Origin: the human T2T-CHM13v2.0 reference genome, Homo sapiens
NCBI RefSeq assembly: GCF_009914755.1
Contig: NC_060930.1
Length of the DNA: 64,000 nucleotides
Direction: 5' to 3' (one strand)
Part shown: positions 1 to 13,170 of the stretch, piece after piece
Numbering within the stretch: the first letter of the stretch is position 1
Layout: every line of letters starts with the position of its first letter
The notes under the pieces: generated by a model
Told to the model about the DNA's origin: nothing
Seen by the model: the letters and a program-made list of their open reading frames with translations, nothing else
The model's database searches: none
Translations under genes and position numbers: made by a program

Positions 1-463
1 ATAAAACTAGTTCATTTAAGAAAATGTACAGGGTGCATCAATCTTAAGGACAGATTTATTCTGTAATTTGGAATTTTTTACATTTTACAAAATTTATATA
101 GTACATATACTGTAGTATATGTTTCCACACCCTAAATTGTGTGGGGCAGTCCTGCAAGCTCCATTTATGGTAAGTGTCCTATACAGCTATAACCATTTTT
201 TATCTTTTATACCTTTTTTTTTTTTTTACTGGAACTTCTCTATGTTTAGATGCACAAATACCAATTGTGTTTAAATTGCCTGTGGTTACATGTTGCACAG
301 GTTTGTAACCGAGGAGCAATACACTACACCATAGAGCCTAGGTATGTAGTGGGCTATACCATCTGCTATTGTGTAAGTATACTCTATGATGTTTACACAA
401 TGACAAAATAGCCTAACAACACATTCTCAGAAGGCATCCCCATTTCTAGGTAGCTCGGGACTG
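1..463 (+). mobile_element. Tigger3(b)-like TcMar DNA transposon, 3' part
   Basis: Motifs 'agcctaggtatgtagtgggctataccatct' and 'cattctcagaaggcatcccc...gactg|ta' resemble the recalled Tigger3b terminus and are followed by TA. Confidence 0.6.
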
Positions 464-906
464 TACAATAATATTCTATATTCAGTTTTGTCTCCTGCCT
501 TATTAATGAAGACTTTTGTATATTTGAATTTGAAATGGCATTTCTCATTTTGCCAACATACAGCACTGGAACAAAACAAGGGAAGACTGCAGCAGAGCCC
601 TACCCTATTAAGGACACACAAATGGTAACTATTCTTATAAATGATAGCCATGAGTCAGGCAACCCCTAACAATAGGCCCACTGTTTTTCTCCCATTCTGT
701 GACACGTATCTTCTCTTGTCTGTGTAACTGTTGCATGATTGAATGCATGAACTACTTCCCAGTAAATAAATCAATTGTGAGGGCAGTGATAATCATGAGA
801 TGAATTAAAGTCTTTATATCAGACAGCGTTTCTCGTTTTTCTGCATGCAGAAACCTGGTTGTTGTTTACATGTTGCAAATTCTAAGATCTGAAATTACAC
901 AGTTCT

Positions 907-1205
907 AATGAGAACACATGGACACAGGAAGGGCAACAAACACACCAGGGCCAGTCGGTGGGTGGAGGGCAAGAGGAGGGAGAGCATTAGGACAAATACC
1001 TAATGCATGTGGGGCTTAAAACCTAGATGACGGGTTGATAGGTGCAAACCACCACAACACATGTATACCTATGTAACAAACCTGCACATTCTGCACATAT
1101 ATCCCGGAACTTAAATTTTTCCAAAAAATATACATTTTTGAAGAAAAAAATGCAAAAAAAAACTAGCTTTCTTTTGATTAAAAAAAGTAAAAAAAAAAAA
1201 AAAAG
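907..1205 (+). mobile_element. L1PA 3' UTR fragment (5'-truncated) with A-rich tail
   Basis: 'atgagaacacatggacacaggaagggcaac...gcttaaaacctagatgacgggttgataggtgc...aacctgcacattctgcac' is the primate L1 3' end; A-tracts follow. Confidence 0.85.
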
Positions 1206-1880
1206 ACAAAATATGTATACATTGTTGAATGGCTCAGTTCAAGTAATTAACATATGCATTACCTCATAGCCATTTCAGTTTTTTGTAATGAGAACACTTA
1301 AAATCTACTTTTTAACAATTTTGAAGTATGCAATGCATTGTTGTTTCCTTTTTTTGTTTTAAAATGTCCTTCTGGAAACATTTTATTTACCTATAAAAGA
1401 TGCAGACACGTTACACCAAAAAAGAAAAAAAAAGATTACAGTTCTTCAGGAGCCTTTGGTATAGGTGGGGTGAGACAAAACAAATACCAAAGGATGAATA
1501 ACAGCATTGAGTATCATGCCAATTTAATAAATTAAATAAATCACTAGAGTAGCAGGTATTAAATAATAGTCCACAAACTCAAGTCTGCAAGAAATAGCAC
1601 ATATATTTCTTTTCTAGAGCAAGTTAATTCTGGACCAGACTGAAAGGAAATTCAACTTGAGTCATGAAGAGGGCCTGAGTTGATGTAGAATTCAGGTCTG
1701 GGGAGGCCACCAGTCCCCTGCCCACGTTAGTTATTCTGTGACACCATTTTCCTGTCTGCATGATCTCTTTAGACCCAAGGACTCTGCTGCTTCGAAGGCT
1801 TTCTTAGAGTTTTACACTCCATGGAAAGGCTGAGTGCTGGCACATTGAAGTGTTAAAAGACTTTTTTGAAGACTATGATG

Positions 1881-1927
1881 TGGAAAATGGTGATGAGACT
1901 GGAAAATGGTGATGAGACAGGAAAATG
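1881..1927. repeat. 19-bp tandem repeat (~2.4 copies, tggaaaatggtgatgagac)
   Basis: Exact copies at 1881-1899 and 1900-1918, then a partial third copy. Confidence 0.9.
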
Positions 1928-2369
1928 TGAGCAAAGTTCTAGGCTGATTGGTAGAGAAGGCCTGTCTGAGGGTGTGTGTCTTCTGCTTGCACCATAGAAG
2001 GTGAGATCAAACGTCCTACTCAAAACTGGTTTCAATGTGGATGAAGCCACACAGGCATTGAGAGGGTTGAAAAGGTTTATTTACTCACATAAAGAGGCTT
2101 TCAGTGGAGAGCAAGGCAGACACTCGAGCTGATCTGAAACGGCTTGAGAAAAGGAAGAAGGATGTGGCTTGATTTTGTGTTGCAGTTAGAGGGTGGGGCC
2201 CAGGCAAGGGTCCCCAGGTGTGGTTGGGGCTGTATGGTTCGACATTTCCCCTGTACCTGTGTGGAGTGAATGTGCCGGTTTTCTTATTGGCTTGCCCAGA
2301 GGAGTGGGACTTGAAGCTGTCCTTGGTTAAACATAAAAAAAAATGCAGTTCGACTCCTTGTTCCAATGA

Positions 2370-2620
2370 GGCATGTTAGTTGAGACCGAAGGATGAAAGA
2401 ACTAGAGGAAGAGCATCCCAGACAAAAGGAATGCACGCAAAAGCCCACGGTGGTGAAAGTCCTTGAATGTTTGAGGAACAGAAAGAGGCCAGAGTGGTGG
2501 GAATCTGGCAAGCAGAGGAAGATGCGGTTAGAGAGGCCAGAGCATGCAGGGCTCACTGAGTCATGGCTGTGAGTTTGGATTTCATGGTAAGTGCAATAGA
2601 AAGCCATTAAAATCTGGTAG
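2370..2620 (-). mobile_element. L2 LINE fragment
   Basis: 'gaagagcatcccagacaaaaggaatgcacgcaaaagccc...gtttgaggaacagaaagaggccagagtgg' is typical antisense L2. Confidence 0.55.
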
Positions 2621-2956
2621 CTTGACATGAAATCAGGATTTTATTGCAAGCTTGATAAAACCTGATATCTACATATAGTCAAATAGGAAGAAGAGACAAA
2701 TCAATGGAATGAATGTCTCTAACATTATTTTATTTATTTTGAGATTGTGTACCCAGATAAACCTAACTCTCTTGCACCAAAGAGTTTAGCCTAAAGTTTA
2801 GGACAGGTTTTGGAATTCTGCAAAACTTTTCCCACCTCACCCCCACCCTCACCATAGTGACCACAACACTCTATGGCTACTGAATAAATAATTAAACATA
2901 AATATAGGGAAAACATATATACATTTGAGTAGTAAACTAAGTACACTTTATATATG

Positions 2957-3290
2957 CAGTTCTCCCTTGGTATCCCTGAGGAATCGGTTCCAGGATGCCC
3001 AAGGATACCAAGATCTGTGGATTCTCAAGTCTCTGATACACAATGGTGTAGTATTTGCATATAATCTATGCATATCCTATCATCTACTGTAAATCATCTC
3101 TAGATTACTTATAATACCTAATACAATGTAAATGCTAGGTAAATAGTTGTTATGCTCCATTGTCAAGAAAAGAATGACAAGAAAAATGTCTGTACCTGTT
3201 TAGTGCAGACGCAATTTAAAAAAAAATATTTTTAATCTGCAGTTGATTGAATCCATGAATGTGTAACCCACAAATACAGAAAGCTAACTG
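2957..3290 (+). mobile_element. MER2 (TcMar-Tigger MITE)
   Basis: Begins 'cagttctcccttggtatcc...ggttccagga', contains 'gtagtatttgcatataatctatgc' and ends 'ctaactg|ta'. Confidence 0.75.
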
Positions 3291-3380
3291 TATATATTCA
3301 AATATCATATATAAATACATACATGTGTTCATATATATACACATGCATCTATATGCCTGTGTATATCTACATACGTATGT

Positions 3381-3781
3381 ACATTAAAAGAAAAATTGCA
3401 GACAAAATAAAATTAACAGAGTTTATTTGAGCAAAAGGATTTATGAATTAGGCAGCATTCAAAATCAGGAGAGGTCCAGAGAACTCCACCCAACAGCATG
3501 AGCAGTGAGGCTTTAGAGGCCAAACACAGAAGCAAAGTTGAGAAATCACCTGACTGGCTATAGCTAGGCATTTGCTTTATTTGGCCACTGTATGATCAGT
3601 TAGCTGCCTAAAATTGGCTGAAGCTCAGCAGTTTGTGAAAGGCAGAAAACTGTCTATTTGTTACACAAAATCTGCTCCTAAATTTTGGTTTATGTATAAA
3701 TTAGGTGGCAGATTTTTATGTAGGAACTCAAAGTATGGAGATGGCCTCAGGCTATTGGCCTTCTGCTTATTTAATTTAACT
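3381..3781 (-). mobile_element. ERV1 solo LTR (MER87/LTR54-like)
   Basis: Minus strand starts 'gttaaattaaataagcagaaggccaatagcctgaggccatctccatactttgagttcctac', similar to the recalled MER87-class LTR; AATAAA lies near the far end. Confidence 0.55.
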
Positions 3782-6389
3782 CACATGCAGATATGTATGA
3801 GTACACACATACACAGATCTTGTGGGTATATGGGGGGGGGGCAGGGGGTGTGGAGGGAGCTGGGAAGTGTTGTAGTAGACACTGACATAAACTAACATCA
3901 GAGCCAGATCTTACATTCAGCTGGAAGGGGATCTAGCTACCCTGCAGCAACTTAAATTTCCCTGATGCTTATTTCTGTTTGTACCACTGCTCCTGTACTA
4001 TAGGGCTTGGGCAGTTCTCAGCCTCATCCTCTGTCAGTGGGCATCTCTGAAGAGGCCTCCCTGATAAAGACAGCATTAGAGCACCAAACCTGTACAGCTC
4101 ATGGGTGACTCTGTCCCTCTTCTTCCTTCTCTGTCTCATCTAAATTTTGACTTCTCTGTTTGTCTGCAGCCTTCCATCTGCTTCGTGGAGTGTCTCTTCC
4201 CTCTCTCAGCTTGGCATATTCAGACTGACCATCCTTTCTATTAGCATGCCCATTCCATGATCCCACAAGGTAGCACCCTGTGGGTGCTGTTTGACTCTTA
4301 CCTGCTGTTTGACTCTGCCCAGAAAATGACACAGTCCCCTCACATGGCACTAACAACTGGTGTTCATGGCAACATGACCCCATGTGATGTATCAGGCACA
4401 AATGAGAGGTTACAGCAGGGTACCCGTGCAGCTGTATCTTCACCTATGAACTCAAATAAGGCAGCTCTTTGTGAAGCAGTGGGGAGGGAATCTTTAGGTA
4501 GTAAAAAAAAATATGAACTAAACTTTAGATTCAAACTGAAACCCTGGAAACCCTGTGATCTTAAAACATGTACTTGCTTCTCTGCCTCACAGCACCAGAC
4601 CATCTGCCAACCTCCTTCCTGAGCAGAGCAGTTGCCAGGGCCATGACCAAGAAACTTCACAGTAATTTATTTGCTCTCTGAGCCAGACAGAATCCAGGGA
4701 CCCAGAAAGGAAAGTCCTGAGTGAGGATGAGAGCACTGCTTTTTTTGGAAAGAGCTTGGCCCTCTAAGATCCACATAATCCTGGAAGAAAGGTGGGTATC
4801 AACCTGCCCAAATGGTCCTGGGATGACTATCCAACTTCCTTATCCCTGAGGGGCTCTGGAAGGTCAGAGCAGGTGAGCTGAATCCTCTATGTGATGAGGC
4901 AAAGAAACAGAAATCAAGAATGTGGGCACACCGTGGACCACTGCTGCATAAGATATGAGCCCCGTAAAGCACTGGTGTGCTTATTCAGGAAAAAATATGG
5001 AAATCTCTCCTCTAAGGCAATGTTTGGATCAGTGAGCACTATTTCCATATAAGAATGGATGTTCCTTGAGGTTAGGAACAAAAATGAATGAATGAATGAA
5101 TGTAGTAGTAACTCCGTAACCCAAGTCAGCCTCTTCTTAGGTGAATGATTTACCAAAATCATCTGCATGGTACATCTCCAAGGAACACCTGAGTAGTATA
5201 ACACAAAAGGCAGTGACAGAAAATTGGGAGGCTCAAGTGTTAGTCTCGGATCTGTCATTAATTCTGTGACATTAAGAGAACCCCTTCACATATTTGCTAA
5301 TTTTCAAACTTCTGAAACTTGAGGGATTTGGACCAAAAGAGCTCTAAGCCTCTCCTATCATTAATATTATATTCCATTCCTTTCTCAAAAATTGTTTTGG
5401 TTTATACTGGAAATATTAACTTCCCCTCTGGACAGTTCCTGGTTTGTGGACAGTTTTCTTATTCAGATATGCTATGTTTGCACATCACCTGTATCTTGAA
5501 TTTTCTCCACCACAGTGTTCGGGTCTGAGTCTGTTCTCTCACCTGTATAATGCCCCTAACACCTTGTTCAAGGTGAGAACAGTAGTCTCAATTGTCTGCT
5601 GACTGGTGATCACCTTGACTACCATGTCAATTCCTTTTCTAAGCATTAACCAGTGAAGGTTATTGAAGGTGAGTTGCTTTTATGTGGCATAAGCTTAAGA
5701 GAGCAAAAAGACATTACCAACACTCTAAACAGCAAAGAACATTCTGAAAGGATCTAGGGCCACCTTGCAAAATGCCAGTAAATCTTTGGTTCTTAATAGG
5801 GGTCAAAAGAAGCTACTAAAGTTTCACTTTTTTAAAAGATGGGATACTCTGTGGTGTTTTAGATTAAGAGTTTTAGGCTGCTGCCTAAAGACAAGAGTAG
5901 AATAGGACTTAAAGAAATCTAGTAAATTAGGAAAGAAAATTGCCTGATGCCTGTGTCAAATTCATTCTCGTTTAGTAGTTCTATAAAAGGACAGCAAGTA
6001 TTTTCTTTCTTAGAAATCACAGAAAGAGTAAGTTGACTTTGGTAAAGGAGAAACATGCTTGGTGCACTTGCCATAAACCCGTCATTTATGAGTTAACACT
6101 CTTTTACATTCATGTACTAGGCCCCATCCTATTGAGTCTCCCCAAAATCTAGGGAAATAGGTGCAGCAGGAAGACCCTCAGCAGTTGTTACACAGTATCC
6201 CATTCATGCAAACTTTTCTTAAACACTGCAGTGACCCAGAGCTCACTACCCATTGGAGGGATCAATACTTTTTTTTGACTAACCTATTGTATTTTTGAAA
6301 AGTTCTTTTGGAAAGTTCTTCCTTAAAAACTGTATTTTTCTCTAGGTCACTTTCAAATGCTGCTCCTCAATCTTCCATATTTTTTATAC

Positions 6390-6730
6390 TGTCTTAGCTG
6401 GGATAATGAACACTAGCTACTGCCACACACAAGCCTCAAATTCTGAGTGGCCTAAAACAACAAAAGTTTCTTTCTTGCTCAAGTCAAGTGCAATGTAGGT
6501 TGGAAAGCCAGATCTATTGTGTAGCTTCATCACCTGGAACATGCTGCCACAGCAGGCTAAAAGCAATTTGGCAGAGGTGGATTGGTTCTTATTGACACAG
6601 TCCACAAGTGTACCAACACATGTGCTCCTAGCCGGTTGGCCAGAACTAGCCACAAGGCCCCAGCCTAACTGTAGGGATCCTGGGACATGTAAGAAAACAC
6701 ATGGAATTTAGTGGATGCTAATTGTATCTG
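6390..6730 (-). mobile_element. Old MaLR LTR (MLT1J/K-like)
   Basis: 'tgtcttagctgggataatg...caaattctgagtggcctaaaacaacaaaagtttctttcttgctc' is a typical antisense MLT1 end. Confidence 0.5.
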
Positions 6731-7386
6731 TGAAACTCTTTCCCCAACCAAGCACACTGATTGGAAGGATGAGGCAGGTACTAAGATTTGATGCATCAAA
6801 TTTATATTGAATCCTGGAGCAAGATCATGCCAAAGAAAAGCTAGTGCTTCACATTCTGATCATGCAGAGAGAGCCCAGCCATCACTCTCTCAGAGTCTGA
6901 CATCCGGCTCTGCTGTCTTTGTGCAGTGCCTAGAATAAGATGGTCAGCAGAGGATTTATGTATCTCCTACTTCCCCTCTTTTCTGTGACTTTCCTCCAGT
7001 ACAGGCTGAGTGTTTAGAGGGCCTTGTTGCATACTGTCCAGCCATTTACAATTCCTGTTTCCTGGGAGCAGTTCATCCTCATATCTCCAGACATCAAGAA
7101 TTTGACAGCATGAAGGAAGGATGCCACATAATTAATGTCATTTATGTTAACTAAAATCATGTTATCTAAATGTATTATGATAGGTCTATAATAAGTGTAC
7201 TGTTTTGCATTTCTGGTATTCCCAAATGACTGGGCATGAGATTATATCTAGGGAATAGATGTAAGACTTCTTCACTAGGCCAATGAAACTCTCTGTTTCA
7301 AGTGAGAAACTGAGCCTCAGAGAGATTGAATGATTTATTCATGTCCTGTAAATGGTAAAAGCAGAACAGTAACCCAGGACATCTGA

Positions 7387-7686
<300 letters not shown>

Positions 7687-8872
7687 TGGAATATGTGACT
7701 TCTAATCCAGTGCAAAGTGCTTTGTTAAGAGCATGCCAAGAACTGGCTTCCAATCTCCTCTGTGCTATCCCTTTTCAAACATCAGAATGCCAACCTGACT
7801 CTTCAGAGAAGAAAAAGAGAGACAGCCAGGCCCACTCATAATAGTACCTGTGGTGTCAGCAGCAAGCCAATAATAGGCAGTGGCAAATGCACATTTACAT
7901 TATGCAGAAATTAGGAGCATGATGAGGACAATAAGACGCCTTGGATGGAATAATTGCTTCCCTGTAGGGTGTTCAAGCCACTCTAGTTTGCTGGTGCCCA
8001 GACTATAAATGAATTTGCACTGGAGGTGTGAATGCAGCCAACACAATGGAATTGAAAGGGGAGGAGGCAGCCATAGGCATGGAGTTTTCAAAACCAAATA
8101 ATATGTGAATTGTTGAAATGCTGTTCAGGAAAATTCACACCACTTTAAACGCTTCAGAGTCAGAGAAAGGAAAAGCAAAATAGCACTATGGCATGGACTC
8201 TGTCCTGATTCCTGCAAATTGTGAGTAGTCAACATCCACTTTTGTAATAATAGCCTGGATTGGTATATCAAAAGCCCTTGTTAAGCAGCCGTGAATTTTG
8301 TAAACATGTTTTACTCTTTCACTGGTACTACCATCATTACATGATAGTAACTGGGCAGTCCATTATGTTGTGGGGTACAATTACTCACGAGAGAGTACAT
8401 TCATAACAGTACATTCAGATGACCTCATATGCCCCCAGCATGCTATCCCATGGCAGAATCAGGCATCGGATTACAAAAAGCTTTGTACAAAACCAGAAAA
8501 TTCATGAGACCTCAGTGGCAATGGCAAATGCATCATAGGCAAGAAATGAATTGATTTTCACCTATGGCATTTGCATGTTAATCTTGTAATCTCCTCTAGT
8601 TCTTGATCATTCTGGAAGGCAAAGCGATCTCATTTGTCCCCATCTAAATGCATTGTTTAAAAGCCCCCTTTGATTTATATAGTCCCTGCCTTTTTATGCA
8701 TAGCAATAATTGTTTATATTTGAGTTTTTGCATTTATATGGCCAGATTTTAACAATATATTATTTGAGACTTTATGGTGTTTGTAAAGTAGATTAGACAG
8801 ATATTATTATCCTCATATTTTAAAATAAGGAAATGAAATGTGAGAGTCAGTAAAGTTAGGTACTTTGCCTAG

Positions 8873-9320
8873 TGTATTAGTCAGGGTTATCTAGAGGGAA
8901 AGAACTAATGGAATATACATATATATATATATAAAGGGGAATTTATTAAATATCAACTCACATGATCACAAGGTCCCACAATAGGCTGTCTGCAGGCTGA
9001 GGAGCAAGGAGAGCCAGTCTGAATTCCAAAACTGAAGAACTTGGAGCCCGATGTTCGAGGGCAGGAAGCATCCAACACCGGAGAAAGATGTAGGCTGGGA
9101 TGCTAGGCCAGTCTCTGTTTTCATATTTTTCTGCCTGCTTATATTCTAGCTGTGCTGGCAGCTGAATAGATTATGGCCACCAGATTAAGGGTGGGTCTGC
9201 CTTTCCCCGCCCCTGACTCAAATGTTAATCTCCTTTAGGGACACCCTCACAGACACACCCAGGATCAATACTTTGTACCCTTCAATCCAATCAAGTCGAT
9301 ACTCAGTATTAACCATCACA
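8873..9320 (-). mobile_element. MLT2A LTR (3' LTR of HERV-L)
   Basis: Runs from 'tgtattagtcagggttatctagaggg' through a (TA)n tract to 'ttaaccatcaca'; TG..CA termini; purine-rich PPT-like 'caagggttggact' adjacent on the minus strand. Confidence 0.93.
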
Positions 9321-9736
9321 AGTCCAACCCTTGTCAACTTGAACCCATATACATCTCCTGAGATCATACATAATCTTCAAATAAAGACAATAATAAGGTT
9401 ATAATTATGCCTAACATAATACAACTATCCTTCACACAACTGAAACTCACCAATCCCCAACCCAAAGCTATTACATAAAGTTAACAATATTTAAATGCTG
9501 ATGTGAAGTCAATAAATCTTATGTCACATGATAAAGGAGAAAGGAAATGAAGATATTTTCTTAGTATACGTGTACACATGCACAAACATGTTTTTAACAA
9601 AAGAAGCAGGAAATACTCATGACAGTTACAGTCCTCATTTCTGCAGCTGGTCATGTGGTTGTAGCTGGTATTGATGACTGCCTTCTTCTACTACCCATTC
9701 TGTGTTCCCTTTGCCTTCAGCAAGCACCTCAGCAGG

Positions 9737-10200
9737 TCATAGTTTCTTTCCTGGTGGAGTGACCCAAACCTTCATTCTTGAAGCATCTGGGTCATTTGTA
9801 GTCCTGCCTGGATTGGGCTCTTGTAGTTTCCCATTGACCTTAATCACAGGGCATGGTAATACTAAGAGATGCCCTAATGGATCTCCTGTATTCCATGCAT
9901 ACTCTTCCTTACCTCCGTTGTGGAGTAGTAGACTGATTTCATCTTGATATTCTGGGTCAATCACCCCAGCCAACACTGTAACTCCCTTCTTACCCTGTTG
10001 ACTTAAAGGTAGGAGGAGACCAAAGTGTCCAGGTGGCAATCATAACTTCCAGTTTAATAGAATTGTTGTTGTGTCTCCTGGTGGCAGCATTCCTCCCTCT
10101 GGAACTAAGACCTCTAGGCCAGCAGAGCATAATGTCACGGGAAAAAGAAGCAAACATTTTGTTAGTATATCACTAGTGGTGATGGTGAGTGGTGCCACTT
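9737..10200 (-). pseudogene. HERV-L dUTPase remnant (downstream of integrase)
   Basis: 'SAGLEV...LPPGDTT..LNWKL' and 'PPGHFGLLLPLSQQGKKGVTVLAGVIDPEYQDEISLLLHN' show dUTPase motifs, split by an in-frame stop near 10040. Confidence 0.85.
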
Positions 10201-10259
10201 CCACTTCCACCCCTTGATTCCTGGCCCCGTGAATCCTGGCTATGGGAGAAACTTCCATA

Positions 10260-13152
10260 TATTGGATGCTGATTCAGCGCATACACGGCCTCCTGGAGAA
10301 CTTAGCCCCAGTCCTGCAAAATATAGTCATGTAGTTGATGTTTTAATTATGACTTCAAAAGGCCATTCCACTTTTCTATCAATCCAGCTGCTTCAGTATG
10401 ATGGGCAACATGGTAAGACCAGTGAATTCCATGAGCATAAGCCCACTGCTGCACTTCTTTAGCCGTAAAGTTAGTGCCTTGGTCAGAGGCAATGCTGTGT
10501 GGAATACCATGATGGTGGATAAGGCATTCTGTGAGTCCATGGATGGTAGTCTTGGCAGAAGCAATGTGTGCCAGATAGACAAACCCATATCTAGAGTAAG
10601 TGTCCATTTCAGTGAGGACAAACCTCTACCCTTTCCATTATGGAAGAGGTCCAGTATAATCAACCTGCCACGAAGTAGCTGGCTGATTACCTAAGCAATG
10701 GTGCCATATCGAGGGCTCAGTGTTGGTCTCTGCTGCTGGCAAATCGGGCACTCAGCAGTGGCCGTAGCCAGGTCAGCCTTGGTGAGTGGAAGTCCACGTT
10801 GCTGAGACTATGCATTACCTCCATCCATGCCACCATGGCCACTTTGTTCATGGGCCCATTGGGCAATGACAGGGGTGGCTGGAGAAAGAGGCTGAGCGGT
10901 GTCCACAGAATGGGTCATCCTATCCACTTGATTATTAACATCCTCCTCTGCTGAGGTCACCTATTGGTGAGCATTTACATGGGATAAAAATATCTTCACA
11001 GTTTTGTACCACTCAGAGATGTCCATCCACCTACCTATTCCCCAAATTTCTTTGTCACCAATTTTTCAATCATGCTTCTTCCAAGTCGCTGACCATCCAG
11101 CCAAACCATTGGCTACAGTGCATGAATTAGTATATAATCACACATCTGGGGATTTCTCCTTCCATGCAAATGCACAACCAGGCGCACTGCTCAAAGTTCT
11201 GCCCACTGGGAAGATTTCCCTTTATCACTGTCCTTCAGGGATGTTCTAGAAAGGGGCTACAGTGCTGCAGCTGTCTACTTTCAGTTGGTGCCTGCACATT
11301 GTGCAGAACCATCTGTGAACCAGACCCTAGTCTTCTCTTCTTCTGTCAAATGATCATAAGGAACTCCCCATAAGGCCATTGGTGCAGGCTGGGAGAGAAG
11401 GCAGGATGGCAGGAGTGGAGACCATGGGCATTTGAGCCACTGCCTCATGTAACTTACTTGTGCCTTCAGGACCTGCTCAAGCCTGATCACATATATACCA
11501 CTTCCATTTGATGATGGATGCTGCTGTGCATGACCCACTTTATGGCTAGATGGGTCAGAAAGCACTCAGTTCATGATAGGCTGGTCAGGTCGCATGGTGA
11601 CGTGATGACCCCTATGCAAATGTTCAGTTTCCACCAAAGCCCAGTAACAGACCAAGAGCTGTCTCTCAAAAGGAGAGTAGTTATCTGCAGAAGACGGCAG
11701 GGCTTTGTACCAAAATCCTAGAGGCCCCTGCTGCGATTCACCTATGGGGCCTGCCAAAGGCTCTGAACAGCATCCCTATCTGCCACTGACACCTCAAGCA
11801 CCATTGGATCTGCTAGGTCATATGACCCAAGTGGCAGAGCAGCTTGCACAGCAGCCTGGACCTGCTGCAGAACTTTCTCCTGTTCTGGAACCCACTCAAA
11901 ACTGGAAACCTTTCAGGTCACTCAATAAATGGGCTGGAGTAGCACACTTAAATGAGGAAGGTGTTGCCTCCAAAATCCAAGTAGGCACGCTAGGCGTTAT
12001 GCCTCTTTCTGAGTTGTAGGAGGGGCCAAATACAGCAACTTATCCTTCACCTTAGAAGGAATATCTCAACAGGCCCCACACCACTGGACTTCTAGAAATT
12101 TTACTGAGGTAGAAAGTTCCCGAGTTTCAGTTAGATTTCACATCCTCTGGCATGCAAATGTCTCACCAGTAAGTCCAGTGTGTTTGCTACTTCTTGCTCA
12201 CTGGATCCACTCAGCAGAATGTCATCAATGTTATGGACCAGTGTGATATCTTGCAGAAGTGAGAAGCAATCAAACTCTCTCTGAATAAGATTATAACACA
12301 AAGTCAGAGAGTTGATATACCCCTGAGGTAGGACAGTAAAGGTATATTACTGGCCTTACCAGCTGAAGGCAAATTGCTTCTGGTGGGCTTTATGGACAGG
12401 AATAGAGAAAAAGGCATTTGCCAAGTCAATGGCTGCATACCAGGTACCAGGAGATGTGTTAATTTGCTCAAGCAATGAAACCACATCTGCTACAGCAGCT
12501 GCAATTGGAGTCACCACTTGGTTAAGCATACAATAATCCACTGTCGTTCTTCAAGATCCATCTGTTTTCTGCACAGGCCAAATGGGAGAGTTGAACAGGG
12601 ATGTGGTGGGAATCACCACCCCTGTGTCTTTCAAGTCCTTGATGATGGCACTAATCTCCGCAATCCCTCCAGGGATGCAATATTGTTTTTGATTTACTAT
12701 TTTTTCTAGGCAGAGGCAGGTGTAATGGTTTCCATTTGGCCTTTCCCACCGTAATAGCCTTCACCCTACCAGTCAGGGAGCCAATGTGGGGGTTCTGCCA
12801 GCTGCTAAGTATGTCTACACAAATTATTCATTCTGCTGGCACTGGAGAAATGACCACAGGATGAGTCCGGAGACCCACTGGACTCACTGTAAGTCAGACT
12901 TGAGCTAAAACTCTACTAATTACCTGAGCTCCATAAGCCCCCTACTTTAACTGGAGGACCATAATGATGTTTTGGATCCCCTGGAATCAATGTCAGCTCA
13001 GAGCCAGTGTCCAGTAGTCCCCTAAATGTCTGATCATTTCCTTTTCCCCAATGCACAGTTACCCTGGTAAAAGGCTGGAAGTCTCCTTGGGGAAGTACGG
13101 GAGAAAGACTCACTGCATAAATTGTTGGTAATGTAGTGGGATCCTTCCTCAA
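10260..13152 (-). pseudogene. HERV-L pro-pol remnant (protease, RT, RNase H, integrase)
   Basis: ORF-track fragments 12916-13152, 12356-12541, 11566-11757, 11281-11565 and 10347-10607; the RT catalytic motif reads NIDD at 12221-12232 instead of YIDD. Confidence 0.9.
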
Positions 13153-13170
13153 GGGGATCCAGCCTCCCCT

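Noticed and set aside
4099-4660. Overlapping 98-121 aa ORFs in non-repeat sequence
   Set aside because: No recognisable domain, overlapping on both strands and no consistent exon structure; compatible with chance.
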